NCBI RefSeq assembly: GCF_030684315.1 | Contig: NC_081379.1 | Location: 23,032,637 to 23,096,636 of the forward strand | DNA length: 64,000 bases | Reading direction: 5' to 3' | Origin: Stegostoma tigrinum | Taxonomy: Eukaryota | Part shown: positions 25,902 to 39,619 of the stretch, in pieces | Numbering within the stretch: the stretch's first letter is position 1 | Layout: the number at the start of each line of letters is the position of its first letter | Notes under the pieces: model-generated | Database searches by the model: none | The model's input: the letters and a program-made list of their open reading frames with translations, nothing else | Told to the model about the DNA's origin: nothing | Position numbers and translations under genes: made by a program

Positions 25902-28898
25902 GTCAGTGTGCAAAAACTAAGGGAAGCTTGTGTAAATGCTATTGATTGGTCTCAAAACACTGATTTATCTCACAATTATTTTCATTAGGTTGCATTATTA
26001 GTCAGGAAGAAGTTAATGGAATCAAACAAATAGACAGTGTATTTCCCTGACAAAATGAACAATTTTCGAATTGGTATTGTAAAATTAAAAATTGAGGAAT
26101 TTATTTATCTTGATCTTGATCTTGGTGCTACCTTTATATTGTAACTATTCACTATAAATCAGCCATACTGTTTCCTTGTTCATTTCATCTATCTGGCATA
26201 AAACTAGAGAAGAATTGAGGAATTGACGATCTTTGCAATTTTATCATACACAGTAACAACTCTTTTAAAAAATCAAAAACCATGCCTTAAGAATATTTTA
26301 TGAAGCACTCAGTAAGAAGTATGCCACAACAGGACCACCTCTGACATGAAAAGATTGTCAGAGCTGGATTGATTCCATTAATTTTTTTGATAAATTTGTT
26401 CACAGGATGTCAGTGACTCTGGCACTTCAGACAGTGATTATATTTACTTATGATGAAGTGAAATAAGTTTGTTTTAATACATTAATTATCTTGTAAGTTT
26501 TGATAACTCACTCCCACCACTATCAGTTCTGAGCCAAAAAGTTGGAGGCAATGTAATGTGGGAGCTGAATCTTAAGTTGACACCTAGATCCATGTAGAGG
26601 GATAATTTGCAGCATTCACCTGGGCTCTTGTGGCATAGTATTAGTGTCCCTACCTCTGGGCTACAATATCCAGGTTCAATTCCTAACTGCACCAGCCATG
26701 TGTCTCTAGTAGTGGCAAGGGCCACTACAGCCCCCTGCTAAATTCTCCATGGTGAACTTGTTAAGTTTGAGGAGAGTAATGAATGTAAGCAGCACTTTCT
26801 AAGTGTGCTGTTGAAATAAAATGTTGAGAACCCCAAGCCATTAGGTTGTGGGAAAAAATCGCTATTACAATAGGCAATAAAACTCACTTGGATTTTCCAC
26901 ATGTATAAGTATAAAACTGACACCATGCTGGTGCAATTTTTGTAAACTGCAAATTCAGAGACTTGTATTTTCAGAGGTGGAGATCAAAGGATCAGTGTGC
27001 GATGATGAAGAACTTCCAGCTGTTTGGTTCTGAAGTTCGTTTTAATGATGGAACAAATTATTATTCACACTGCACCATCAAATCCTGGTTTCCACTTTTT
27101 AGTCTGATGTTCTTGCCCATCGATCATGGTGACATTGTCTTCACATCCTCCCATCCCCAGTCCTAGAAATTTCTAATCACCCTGTTCAGACAAATTCAGA
27201 TGCATGTCTTGAGGCAGGTGGAACTTGACCCTGGATCTTCTATCCCATGGGTAGGAACCCCAGCACTGTGTCAAGAGCCCAGTTGAATGCTGCACTTTAG
27301 CCCAGTGCATAGCTGGAGTCTTCATTTTCTGATGCTACTCACCTCATTTCCTGCCAAACTTTAGCACTGCCCACAGTTCCTACCTGCTGCCACTAAATTC
27401 CTTCAAATGATTAAAGGCCAGTATTTTCCTCAAACCTGCAAACCCTACCCTCACACCAGAAAGAGTGAATTTTATACGAATTAGTAGTGCATATGTCAAC
27501 TTCACTTGCTTTATAAAACACTTGGCCTCTGAGCCGACAGGATTTGCATTCACGATCCATTACAGGGTTTGACCATGTAAGCCAATACAATTGTTAACTG
27601 GCTACAAATAGCTATTTAGCATGCACTCAACTCAGCAGAATATATTTCATATACCTGTTAACTTAATAAACATCATTCACCACTCAGTAACTAAAGAAAT
27701 AAAATACTTTCACAAAGATCAAAAAGGACTTGCACTGTCTCACCTCAGCATTCTCCAACAGCCAGGCAACGGTTACACTGCAGAAGCATGCAAATTAATT
27801 GTGCACACTTGGTTAACAGCAGTGTTTGTAACATTCTTTTACGGATTAGAAATACAGTAAGTTACGTTAGGGTTCCTAATTATCTGTGTGTGTGAATAGT
27901 TCTAACACATTGGCCCCTCCTAATTAAGATAACACTTATACTGCATTGTTGCAGATGCTGTCTTTAACATCAAACTAAAATTTTATGAACCTCTTCATGT
28001 GGCCGCCCATGTTGGAAGAGAAGATGCTCTTCTAATGTCCTAACCAATGTGTATTTAAATCACCTGAAAGACATGCCATTTATCTTATTGTTGTTTATGG
28101 GAGTTGCCATGTAATATGTTGCCTTAATTGTAAGAACAAATGTAAGACTACATTTCTTACCCTTTCCTCATTGCCACAATTGCATTTCAAGTTGAACATT
28201 ATGTTGTTTTGGGTCTGAAGTTAGATGTAGGCAAGAGCTTGTAGGACTGATGAGATTCCCCTTACTAAGGGACATTAGTGAACCAATTGCGTTTTACGAC
28301 AATCCATCTAATGACATCTAAATTATAGCAGTGATTGCATTTTCAGAGTAAAGAGAATGTTAAAAAGCAAAGTTAAAATATTTATATAAGATATGTTTAT
28401 ATGATTTCATATATTTAGTGCAGTTCCAGTGTTCTGTCAGACACTTAACAGGTTGTCATTTAGTTTATTTAAGAAGTACTAGTGTGTATAGCTCTGAATT
28501 CAAAGTTTCTGTGCATCAGATTGATTTTGTTTTTGTGGTATGTATACATTTACACTACAATGTTTCATTTGTTGGCCAGCTGCATAACCTGAAATTAGAT
28601 TAATAGTTAATTTTTAATGTATGTTGTTTTATGACTCTTCATGGCATCAGGCATTATTTCTACTGTATAGATGCAAAGCTAAATAGAATGGCACTGGACT
28701 ACAATTTTGCAGTCTCATTTTGACCTGTGCTGGGAGGCTATAGCATATGTACTTCACTTTTTTGAAATGTAAAGAAACAAATCCATTTAATATCTTGTGA
28801 ATTTGCACTTTGATTTGTGAGCTTAAATATGTGTCTTTTATTCAATTACTGAAAAGTTTCATCTAAAATATGTATATATTTTATTTATACTCCTTTAG

Positions 28899-29084
28899 CT
28901 TCAAAACCAGTGGCTGGTACACCTGCACCTGATGAATATCTCATCTCTCCAATCACTGGGGAAAAGATTCCTGCCAGCAAAATGCAAGAGCATATGCGTA
29001 TTGGGCTGCTGGATCCTCGCTGGTTGGAGCAACGTGAACGTTCCATTAGAGAAAAGCAGAGTGAAGATGAAGTATATGCTCCAG
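28899..29084 (+). CDS. SF3A1: SF3A1 exon 9 (followed by a GC donor)
   Basis: ASKPVAGTPAPDEYLISPITGEKIPASKMQEHMRIGLLDPRWLEQRERSIREKQSEDEVYAP; CAG|gcaagt. Confidence 0.95.
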
Positions 29085-30558
29085 GCAAGTGTTGCTTGTG
29101 ATGCTGCAGGAAACTGGGAAGAGGTGCAAGGATAGCTCTGTCAATTAAGAATGACAGCAGCATATAAGAGTGAAATGGCTTTCGTTTTGGAGATCAGACT
29201 ATAGAGTCAGTTTGGGAAGAGATGAAAAATAGTAAAGATAAGAATTTACTGTAGGATTGGTTTAGAGGACCACTGGCAGCTACCTCACTGTACAATAGGA
29301 TATACAGCAGAAATCATGGTGGCTTGCGAGAAAGGTATGGAATTTAATACTGGAGGATTCTAATTTATAAATAGGTCGGATGAATCAGATTGGCAAGGAT
29401 AACCTGGATGATGAGTTCATGTTTTCTGGATGGCTTCTTAGAGAACTATGTTCGAGAGACAGTCAGAGAAGAGCACACTGTACTGGATTCGGTAATGTGC
29501 GAGTTGGAGTTAATTAATTAGCTCTTTTAGCCTGAGGAAGCGAAGAGTGAATTGAACTACTCGGGATAATTTTGGGGCACATAGAGCTGGCTAAAGTGAT
29601 CTAGAAAATTAGGTTAAGGGATAAATCACTAGAGACAGTGACAGACATTTAAAAAATACTGAGAAAAGATGCATTCCAGTGAGAAAGAAAGATTTTAAGG
29701 AAGAACACACCAGCCCTAAAACAAGAGAGTTTAAAGTTTGTATCCAAGTGAAAGAAAAAGTTTATGATTTGGCAAAGTGGGTGGCAGAACAAAAGATTGT
29801 ACAGAATATGAATATCAGCAAAGAATAACACTAAAAGGGTGAATTTGAACTGCAAGAGACATGAATGGCTGTGATCTTATTGAATGGTGGTGCAGGCCAA
29901 AGGGGTCAAATGGCCTACTCCAGCTCCTAATTTGTATGTTTATTTATTGTATGTATGTATGTTCTTATGTTGCGTTTTATTTCTTAGATTTGACTGTAAT
30001 TGTCCCAGGAAATTCCTTTCCCTTGAATGTGCTTAAGATTGAGTGAACTTATTACTGTCAGCGGCTAAGTTTGAAAATAGAAACATATTTTCAGTTCACT
30101 TAAATTTCTGAAAATATTCTCATAGCACAAACCCAGTTTGTCCTCTTGATCTTACACATTTTGCAAACAACCCTGCATCTGTCAGTGCCAATTTGTAACC
30201 AGTAGAGGGTCTGGAAGAACCACTTCATCACATCACTGCTTAAACTCAGAATTCACACAGCAAGCGTTTAATGTTTCACTTGATCCTGTTAAATATAAGT
30301 GTGCCCTCTTTTTAGCATCCTAAAACACACTCTAGTCGTTGGCTCATTGTTAATGTGATCTTTTTGTTTTAAAATGGTCACTTAAAGACAGTGTAGGAAC
30401 AGCAGTTGTAAGCCTTGGTTGATGTTAAATTTTGTTCCATTGACTAATTGATGAGGAATGCTACCTGCTGTGCTCTCTCTAGACCATTTTCTTTTAATCT
30501 ATAAAACAGTAAATTTTAGTGAAAAATTATGCAAGTTTTGAGATTTTATTATTGACGT

Positions 30559-31600
30559 ATGGCCAACAGAAGACAGCGAGTGGTAGTAGAAGGAAAATAT
30601 TCTGCCTGGAAGTCAGTGGTGAGTGGAGTTCCACAGGGCTCTGTCCTTGGGCCTCTACTGTTTGTAATTTTTATTAATGACTTGGACGAGGGGATTGAAG
30701 GATGGGTCAGCAAGTTTGCAGACGACACAAAGGTCGGAGGTGTCGTTGACAGTGTAGAGGGCTGTTGTAGGCTGCAGCGGGACATTGACAGGATGCAGAG
30801 ATGGGCTGAGAGGTGGCAGATGGAGTTCAACCTGGATAAATGCGAGGTGATGCATTTTGGAAGGTCGAATTTGAAAGCTGAGTACAGGATTAAGGATAGG
30901 ATTCTTGGCAGCGTGGAGGAACAGAGGGATCTTGGTGTGCAGATACATAGATCCCTTAAAATGGCCACCCAAGTGGACAGGGTTGTTAAGAAAGCATATG
31001 GTGTTTTGGCTTTCATTAACAGGGGGATTGAGTTTAAGAGTCGTGAGATCTTGTTGCAGCTCTGTAAAACTTTGGTTAGACCGCACTTGGAATACTGAGT
31101 CCAGTTCTGGGCGCCCTATTATAGGAAAGATGTGGATGCTTTGGAGAGGGTTCAGAGGAGGTTTACCAGGATGCTGCCTGGACTGGAGGGCTTATCTTAT
31201 GAAGAGAGGTTGACTGAGCTCGGTCTCTTTTCATTGGAGAAAAGGAGGAGGAGAGGGGACCTAATTGAGGTATACAAGATAATGAGAGGCATAGATAGAG
31301 TTGATAGCCAGAGACTATTTCCCAGGGCAGAAATGGCTAACACGAGGGGTCATAGTTTTAAGCTGGTTGGTAGAAAGTATAGAGGGGATGTCAGAGGCAG
31401 GTTCTTTACGCAGAGAGTTGTGAGAGCATGGAATGCGTTGCCAGCAGCAGTTGTGGAAGCAAGGTCATTGGGGTCATTTAAGAGACTGCTGGACATGTAT
31501 ATGGTCACAGAAATTTGAGGGTGCATACATGAGGATCAATGGTCGGCACAACATTGTGGGCTGAAGGGCCTGTTCTGTGCTGTACTGTTCTATGTTCTAT
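30559..31600 (+). mobile_element. Young 5'-truncated CR1-type LINE
   Basis: GVPQGSVLGPLLFVIFINDLD...KFADDTK; two same-frame ORFs separated by one TGA (31096-31098); tail gttctatgttctat. Confidence 0.92.
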
Positions 31601-31643
31601 TTTTCATATAGATTTTGATCTTTTGAGCTGTTTTTTCCGTCAG

Positions 31644-31765
31644 GTCTGGATATTGAAAGTAGTTTGAAGCAGTTGGCTGAACGACGTACTGACATCTTTG
31701 GTGTGGAAGAAACAGCCATTGGTAAGAAGATTGGTGAAGAAGAAATCCAGAAACCAGAAGAGAAG
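31644..31765 (+). CDS. SF3A1: SF3A1 exon 10
   Basis: GLDIESSLKQLAERRTDIFGVEETAIGKKIGEEEIQKPEEK. Confidence 0.96.
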
Positions 31766-31844
31766 GTATAAACATCTATTATTGAGAAAATCTTTTGTTA
31801 CTCACAAGTTGTTCAAATGATGTCTTGATGCAGTTTTTTAAGAT

Positions 31845-32440
31845 TATATTCATGGGATGTGAGCAACACTGGCTGGACCAGCATTTGTTTCTTTGAGAAA
31901 ATAGTGATTAGCTGCCTTCTTGAACCTCAGGAAGCCATTTGCTGTAGATAGACCCTCAATGACATTAAGGAGGGCGTTTCAGAATTTAGGAATGCCAATA
32001 AATTTCCAAGTCAGGAAGGTGAGTGGTTTGGAAGGGAGGAGGTGGTGTTCCTATGTATCTGTTCCCCTTGTCCGTCTAGACGGGAATGATTGTGGATTTG
32101 GAAGGTGCTGTCTGATTAGTAAATTTCTACAGTGTATGTTGTAGATGGTACATGCAGCTGCTACAATTGAGCCCCACCAGTGGAAGGAGTCAACTAGCTG
32201 TCAAGCATCTTGAGTGCTGTTGGAGCTGCACTATTTAAGCAAGTTGGGAGTATTCCTTAGTACTCTCGTCGTATCTTGTAGATGATGGACGGACGATTGG
32301 AAGTGAGGAGGTGATTTACCACAAATCCCAGTCTCTGACCTGCTGTTATAGCCACAATATTTGTATAGCTAGCCCAGTTCTGATCAATGCTAATTGACAG
32401 TGGGGAACTTAGTGATTGTAATGCCATTGAATGTCAAGGA
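31845..32440 (-). mobile_element. CR1/L2-group LINE 3' fragment (same family as 6040-7998)
   Basis: Reverse complement resembles 7350-7998. Confidence 0.6.
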
Positions 32441-32958
32441 TTTCCTGATGTTGCTGCTTATTGCAATTTCACAATGTAACCATAAACTTTCCCTTGCCTT
32501 TATTACACATAAATACCTAGCATACCAGTGTAGTATATATAATTTCATTCAACAGCTATTCTCTCCCAAATAGTCATAGCTGCATAGGAATGAGTACATT
32601 TGATTAAATGTATTTTTTGAATTTTAGTGAAGCCCTTTTATATTTAAAGTAAAGCTTGTAAAATAAATTAAACTATGGAAATTAATGCCATGGTACAGTG
32701 TAAAGTGATAATGCTAGGTATGGCCTGCTTATTCAATTTGGGAAAACATTTGGGAATAAAATAATAATTGTCTATTGCAACAGTTAATGTGGGATGGTAA
32801 AAAATATTTCCTACAAATCAATTTAGAAATTGAAGGCAAAGTTACTCTGTAATGATTATTCAATATTGCAGCCATGCTATTCATTGATTGTAATTATTAA
32901 ATACATAAACAGGTTAATTAGAAATGCCTCTGTTCATTGTTTTCTTGCTTTGGCAAAG

Positions 32959-33204
32959 GTTACTTGGGATGGTCATTCTGGCAGTATGGCCCGAACACAA
33001 CAAGCCGCACAAGCTAATATCACTCTGCAAGAGCAGATCGAAGCCATCCACAAGGCCAAGGGATTGGTTCCGGAAGATGACACGAAAGAGAAGATTGGAC
33101 CCAGCAAACCCGTTGATTTACCTCCACAACCCCCACCTCCTTCATCTGGATCAAATTCTTCAATGAATGCTCCACCAATTACATCAATGCCTCGACCACC
33201 TTCT
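32959..33204 (+). CDS. SF3A1: SF3A1 exon 11
   Basis: VTWDGHSGSMARTQQAAQANITLQEQIEAIHKAKGLVPEDDTKEKIGPSKP...PRPPS; donor gtaagt. Confidence 0.96.
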
Positions 33205-34125
33205 GTAAGTTCTAACAGCTATCTTGAAAATGGTTCAGGCATTTCAGAATTGAATGGAATAGTAATGTAGAAATAAATCTTGATCTAAGCAATGTGCTAG
33301 TTAAGACCCTACACTTAAAGCATATTAGCTACAGATCTGTTATCTAACAATTTGCTATTTGATTTTTCAATAGCCACTAAGTGGAACTGTACCATCTCCC
33401 ATTTCTGTTGTTGAGGGTTCATTGACATTCATTCTATTTCTGTTTTTGAATCATGTTTCCATTGCAATACAGTACTTGGCAATGAACCATGTGATACAAT
33501 ATAACAATGTTATTGATTTTCCCTCCGCAAGCACAGGCAGAGGAAATCATCAAGAATGAACTAATCAGAAAATTGTCAGAATTCATTTGTATTTTCAAAC
33601 TTTGTCTTCTGTATATTTTATGATCAATTACAAAAGCAGAAAATGTTTAACAAGGCTTTTGAAAATCCTACCTGGCCACTCTTAACCGAAAAATAAAACG
33701 TGACAGTTGCACGTCATGATTTGTAAAGCTTCAGTAACACTTGGAAGTAGGTCTGACAAAACTTGGCGTAACAAGGATGATGTTGCAGTGACATAACACA
33801 TGGGAAAGTCAAAATCAAGCTGAGGTGGATTGCAAAACAGGGTAATAGGATCATATCCTGTTTTGAATGTTTTTAATTTGTTATGACATTGACATAAATT
33901 TAAAATATTAATTGTTAACTAGTGAAATGTAAGTGCTCCAGTGCCATTACTGGGAGAATGAGATTGTAGCATGACTAGTTTGCAAAGACAGTATTTCATA
34001 TGCACGTTGTCATAGAAATTGAAATGAGAAGTTAAACAGTGTTGGAGGTTTGGTTCTGTGTACAGGAAAAGTGATGATTTGTTTTTAGAGACACAGTACG
34101 ATTAAACATTTCTCTAATTATTTAG

Positions 34126-34333
34126 ATGCCTCCCCCAGTGCGGAATGCTATGTCATCCATGCCAGTTCTTCCCAGGCCGCCAATGTCTCCTGTTATCCGA
34201 TTAGCGCCTGGACCTGTTATAACAGCTCCTATGCCACCTATGATCCCTGGACCTCGAATCAACGTAGTGCCAATGCCTCCATCAGCACCACCAGTTTTAA
34301 CTCCGCGCCCGCCACCAATGGTGGTACCAGCAA
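34126..34333 (+). CDS. SF3A1: SF3A1 exon 12 (proline-rich)
   Basis: MPPPVRNAMSSMPVLPRPPM...PRPPPMVVPA; phase-1 donor A|gtaaaa. Confidence 0.92.
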
Positions 34334-35364
34334 GTAAAATTATTTAAAATATTTTACAGTTTTACACTCTAAATTGATTTGCAAATATGAACCCAAATAT
34401 TTTGTTATTTGTTTCTCATTTAAAGCTTCCAACGAATATTTGCACATGTTCATGTAAAGAAAGTCACAGCATTTGTAATATAATTGACTGACATGGGAAA
34501 AGAATCTTCACTGCATCTCTAAAATTTATGGAGTGGAACAGAAGAGACACTACGTTTGGTTTTGAGCAGTAGCAACTAGGAATAATAACCAATAAAAATA
34601 GATTTTCATTTTTTTTAAATCCAAGCAATCTGTTGTAAGGTGTCAGTTATGGGACAATTATTGGCTCACTCTTCTCTTGAGGATTAGAAGCCCCAGTGCT
34701 GAATCTAAACCAAATTATCCAGACTGACATTGAAGAAGGGAGTTCATCATATTTGGAGGTGCTGCCCTTTGGATGATGGGATAGACTTGGAATTCTTCTG
34801 CCCTCTCAGATGGGCATGAAAGATCTAATGGTAACTTTTCAAAAGATCAGCTGGGTATTAACCTGATGTTTTCAACATTTTCTGTCCCAACAAATTACCT
34901 GATTACCTTGCCATTTGTAGGCTTGCCAAGTATAAATTTGTTACCACATTTCCAACATTACAACAGTGATTACAATCAATTATGTACTTTTTGAAGTAAA
35001 ATGCTTTAATACAGACTGAGGTTTTTAAAGGTGATATACCAAGGGATAATTGTTTCTTCTAATGTTTCTTACAGTAAGTTAGAGAATGCATTGTTTTTAG
35101 ATCAGGGATGTTACATTAGTAGCTAAAACGTAATTTTCTGTCCCTTTAAGGTGATATCGTTTCTCATAATCATGAAACTGATTTGATAAATTACTGTAGT
35201 TGATATGACTTGTTAGAGGCACTATCTGAGTCTTGGCTTGATGATGACTGGGTTCCATGATGGCATGTAGCACGAGTGTATTTTACAAAAAGTGAGCCAC
35301 ATATATGTTTACTTAAGTTTTAATTTTAAAAAAATTATGACTTCTTCATTTCTGTTACGTTCAG

Positions 35365-35513
35365 CATTTGTACCTGCACCTCCAGTAGTTCCTGCCCCAA
35401 TTCCTTCTTCCCTTCCTCGCCCTCCACCCCCACTGGATGATGAGCCAGCAGCCAAAAAGATGAAAAGTGAGGATAATCTTATTCCAGAGGAAGAGTTTCT
35501 ACGGAGAAACAAG
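35365..35513 (+). CDS. SF3A1: SF3A1 exon 13
   Basis: FVPAPPVVPAPIPSSLPRPPPPLDDEPAAKKMKSEDNLIPEEEFLRRNK. Confidence 0.95.
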
Positions 35514-35764
35514 GTATATTGTACCCACTGTTTAAAAATCATGTTCAATTCAGATTTAAGAACATGTTTGGGCATGCCCTTTAACCTTGTTTGTTTGTTT
35601 GTTGCTGAATGAGCTAGCACGTATTTATTTACACTATTTTATTCAACTAACTAACAACAAAATGCTATTTGAATTTTCACTGAATCTGAGTCTTTTTCAC
35701 AGTTCTCTAATGGAGTTTTTTGCATTATGGAAGGAACATTGATGATCACGGAACATGATATCAC

Positions 35765-36230
35765 ACAGATGATTCCTGGAATGTTAGGTTTAATGAACGG
35801 CTGAGGATCCTGGGATTGTATTCCTTAGAGTTTAGAAGGTTGAGGAGAGATCTAATAGAAACTTAGAAGATAATGCATGGCTTAGATAGCGTGGATGCTG
35901 AGAAGTTGTTTCCATTAGGCGGGGAGACTAGGACCCGTGGGCACAGCCTTAGAATTAGAGAGGGTCAGTTTCAAATGGAAATGAGACATTTCTTCAGCCA
36001 GAGTGGTGGGCCCGTGGAATTCATTGCCGTGGAGTGCAGTGGAGGCCAGGACGTTAAATGTCTTCAAGATGGAGATTGATAAATTCTTGATCTCACAAGG
36101 AATTAAGGGCTACGGGGAGAGTGCAGGGAAGTGGCGTTGAAATGCCTATCAGCTATGATTAAATGGTGGAGTGGACTCGATGAGCTGAATGGCCTTCCTT
36201 CCACTCCTATGTCTTATGGTCTTGTGGTCT
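35765..36230 (+). mobile_element. CR1 LINE 3' end
   Basis: MHGLDSVDAEKLFPLGGETRTRGHSLRI; tail cctatgtcttatggtcttgtggtct. Confidence 0.8.
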
Positions 36231-37375
36231 AACATGCAGTACCTAGATATATTTATGAATCCATAGATATTTAATAATTTTGACACTTTAAGCAAATGTT
36301 TCTTATTTTAATAAAGACTTCCTCACATCCTGTTAAGCTGTACAAATTCGCAGTGCATTCGGAGGGAATTCATATCATCTGACTGGAGCATACTAAAACT
36401 GACCTGTTGCATTGATCTCTTACACTCACCCCTCCTGTATCATGTACTTTAAATATTTGCCCAGGTTTCCATTACAAGATGTAATCTCTACTTAAAACAC
36501 TTATTGTGTTAAAATTGTTCCATGCTTTCAACAACAATGCATAGATAAATTTCTTCAAAACTGTTCTGATAACTTATAATGGTCATCATTTTAACAATTA
36601 ACAACCTGATTCTCCAACTGAACGAAGTAGTCGCTCCCTAAAAATACTTAACCTTTAACAAAAAACTCTGCTAAATCCCCTTTCTGTTGCAGTTCAAATG
36701 TATCTCAAATCACTGTAGCCATCTGTAATTTGCCATCACTCCTCATTTTACACTGTACACATTCTGTGGCTTACATATCCTTTCTGTGTTGAGAAACTAT
36801 ATATACTTGCTCTATATACTTGCTGAGACCTAATCAGAGTTTTGAACAAATTGATCTTTTTAATTTACTTAGTACTAGATCTAGCTAATTATCTATTTAG
36901 AATGCTCTTAATTTTGACTTTTTTCCAGTTTATGCTTGTGCTTTCAGCAATTTATATACTGGAACTGCAAGTTGGCTTTCCATTGAATATATCATATGCA
37001 CTCCTATTTCTTGTTTCTCCTCCCAAAAATAATTTAGCACAATCATATTAAATATACTTGCTGTGAAAGTCGCTACATTGCATGCACTAGCACAACCAAA
37101 CATTACACGTTTTCTATTTTTAAGTTTATTCCAACATTTATGTACTTTGTTTCTTTTAAATTTGTTTTTGATTCTTGCTTTCAAGTTTATTGTATTAATT
37201 TAAGATTAACAATTCCTCAAAATAATATAATGTATGTGTATTTTGGTGCTGCTTTAGCTAGACGTGCAACTCTTATGCTTTATTTTAGAAAGTAATGCAT
37301 TTTAACAATGTAATTTTTTTTATTTTAATAAAGCAACTTTGCAAATTCAAATGTGATCAATTGTTTTGCTTTAAG

Positions 37376-37477
37376 GGTCCAGTTACAGTCAAGATACAGG
37401 TCCCCAACATGCAAGATAAATCTGAGTGGAAACTGAACGGCCAGATCCTCGTTTTCACCCTACCTCTAACAGATCAG
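37376..37477 (+). CDS. SF3A1: SF3A1 exon 14 (ubiquitin-like domain)
   Basis: GPVTVKIQVPNMQDKSEWKLNGQILVFTLPLTDQ. Confidence 0.96.
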
Positions 37478-37624
37478 GTATGGGTAAACTATGGAATTGT
37501 AATATATGAATGATTAGCAACATGGATTCAATATAGCAAGATAATATGTTAAAAATTTGAAAAGGAACAAATGTTTGATCCTGTGCTACTTCACTTAACC
37601 CTGTGTGTATGTCCTTCTGATCCG

Positions 37625-38095
37625 CTCTTGTCTGTCATAGACCCTTCATTCCAATTAGTCCATGCCAAACATAACCCCAAACTAAACTTGTTCCACCTGC
37701 CTGCTCCTGGCCCATACCTCTCCAGATCTTTCCTATTCGTGTACCTATTTAAGTGTCTTTTAAACGTTTTAACTGAGCCTGCATCTGCCACTTCCTCAAA
37801 GTTCATTCCACATGCGAGCCACCCTCTGTTTAAAAAATAATGCTCCTCATGTCTTTTTTAAATCTCTCTCCTCTCACCTTAAAAATATGCCCCTTGTCTT
37901 GAGATTCCCCCATCCCAGGAGGAAAAAACACCTACCATTAACCCCTCATGATGTTATAAACCATTCTAAGGTCACCTCTCACCCTCCTAAGCTCCAGTGA
38001 AAGATAACTCAACATATTTAACCTTTCTTTTGAAACTCAAACCTTTCATACTAAGCAGTTTCCTGGTAAATCTCTTCTGGATGCTATCTAGTTTA
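37625..38095 (-). mobile_element. CR1 LINE 3' end
   Basis: EEVADAGSVKTFKRHLNRYTNRKDLERYGPGAGRW. Confidence 0.7.
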
Positions 38096-38333
38096 ATAAC
38101 AGGGTTTGAAGGCTTTTTTGTTATCCACCTCAACTACTACTTAGTACCTCAACTATTTAGTAGCAAATTCCACATTCTAAATACTCTGTGCAAACAGTTT
38201 CTTCTGTACGTCTTATTGGATTGTTCAGACCATTCAAAAATTTGCTGGATCATATTTATATGAGCTTTTGATATTGTTTTTTTAACTTGGAATCAAGTAT
38301 TAGTGGGATTGATTCACACATTGTTTCTTTTAG

Positions 38334-38405
38334 GTGTCTGTTGTCAAGGTGAAAATTCATGAGGCTACAGGGATGCCTGCTGGTAAACAGAAACTTCAAT
38401 ATGAG
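38334..38405 (+). CDS. SF3A1: SF3A1 exon 15
   Basis: VSVVKVKIHEATGMPAGKQKLQYE. Confidence 0.96.
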
Positions 38406-38538
38406 GTATATAATCAATGTACAAAATCAAGCAGGAATTGAGAGAAAATGTTTCTAGTTACACTTTTATGTACATGCTTCTGTCAGAACTAACACTTCTG
38501 GAGACATTTTGTCTTTTATCTATGTTTTTCTGTGTATT

Positions 38539-38757
38539 GGGGGTCAGTTAGCTTAGTTCGTTGGGCAGCTGGTTTGTGACGTAGAGTAACACCAACAACA
38601 TGGGTTTAATTCCCACAGCAGTTGACGTTGCCATGAAAGACTCTACCCCTCAACCTCTCCCTTTGCCTAAAGCATGGTGATGGTCAGGATAAACCAGCAC
38701 CAGTCATCTCTAATGAGAGAACAGCCCTTTCGTCCAGTTGGACTGTGGTAACTTTAA
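38539..38757 (+). mobile_element. tRNA-derived SINE
   Basis: ggggtcagttagcttagtt (A box-like) and gggtttaattccc (B box-like) followed by a non-tRNA body. Confidence 0.5.
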
Positions 38758-39112
38758 AGATATGATATAAATGTGTGACACTTACTGTGATCCAACAGTA
38801 AGGAAGTAGTCTATCTATTCTACTGACTTGGTATAAAATTTGCCCAAGCTTTGCTTGCATATCAGTGGATAAAATTATGTAGATTTTTCTTTGTGGTCCT
38901 ACCCTATTCAAGTGATTAGTAGTTTGAAGTGTTTTTACTGTTGTCTGCCTCCCATTTGAATTGCTGGAGAGTTTGCAGGTTTTCCTGGAATAACTGTTTG
39001 ATGCTGCTAGTAACACAGCACAACTGAATGTCATATAAATTGTGGTTGAATTGAGAAAGAAAATTCTGGTTTTAAAAAGTCATTGCAGTCTCACTTCTTT
39101 TTTTAATTTTAG

Positions 39113-39214
39113 GGTATCTTTATTAAAGATTCAAACTCTCTGGCCTACTACAATGTGACTAGTGGCTCAGTTATCCACCTTGCCTTCAAAGAACGAGGAG
39201 GTCGAAAGAAGTAG
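39113..39214 (+). CDS. SF3A1: SF3A1 exon 16 (final coding exon)
   Basis: GIFIKDSNSLAYYNVTSGSVIHLAFKERGGRKK-TAG. Confidence 0.97.
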   Translation, partial: GIFIKDSNSLAYYNVTSGSVIHLAFKERGGRKK

Positions 39215-39613
39215 CATCTGGCTACAATTAGAACTGTCTTTTTACATCTAAAGGATTGTGAATTTAACTATCTGTTCTTAAGATTCAGAACATTGGAATT
39301 GTTAACTTTTTCAACAGAAAATTCAGACTTGTGATATCTTTTATTTAGAAGAACGTAAATGTGGGTTACGTAAGAAACATTTCTGTCTACAAGTTAAAGG
39401 ACTTTATGTTAAAAAGTCAAAGTTGTGTACTTATTTTCATAATTCATTCAATTTGATAGAATTCTGTAAAAAGGTCTGTAAAAAAAAAATAGAGATCAAA
39501 CAAAATTTGGTGTTTAACTTCTGAGGACCAGCATTCACAAAACCCATGTTGGTTAAATTATCTTCCCTGCTCCTTGTGCGATTATTGCATTTAGCTTTCT
39601 GTAGAATAATTTT

Positions 39614-39619
39614 AATAAA
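39614..39619 (+). terminator. Probable SF3A1 polyadenylation signal
   Basis: AATAAA ~400 nt after the stop, followed by a U/GU-rich tract (tttttgtgtctttgg). Confidence 0.6.

Noticed and set aside
26622-27281. Two inverted tRNA-like sequences as tRNA genes or TIRs
   Set aside because: No complete cloverleaf and no TSD; best read as independent decayed SINE heads
34330-34335. Second GC donor (cca|gcaagt) at SF3A1 exon 12
   Set aside because: It would put exon 13 out of frame; the GT donor at 34334 preserves frame
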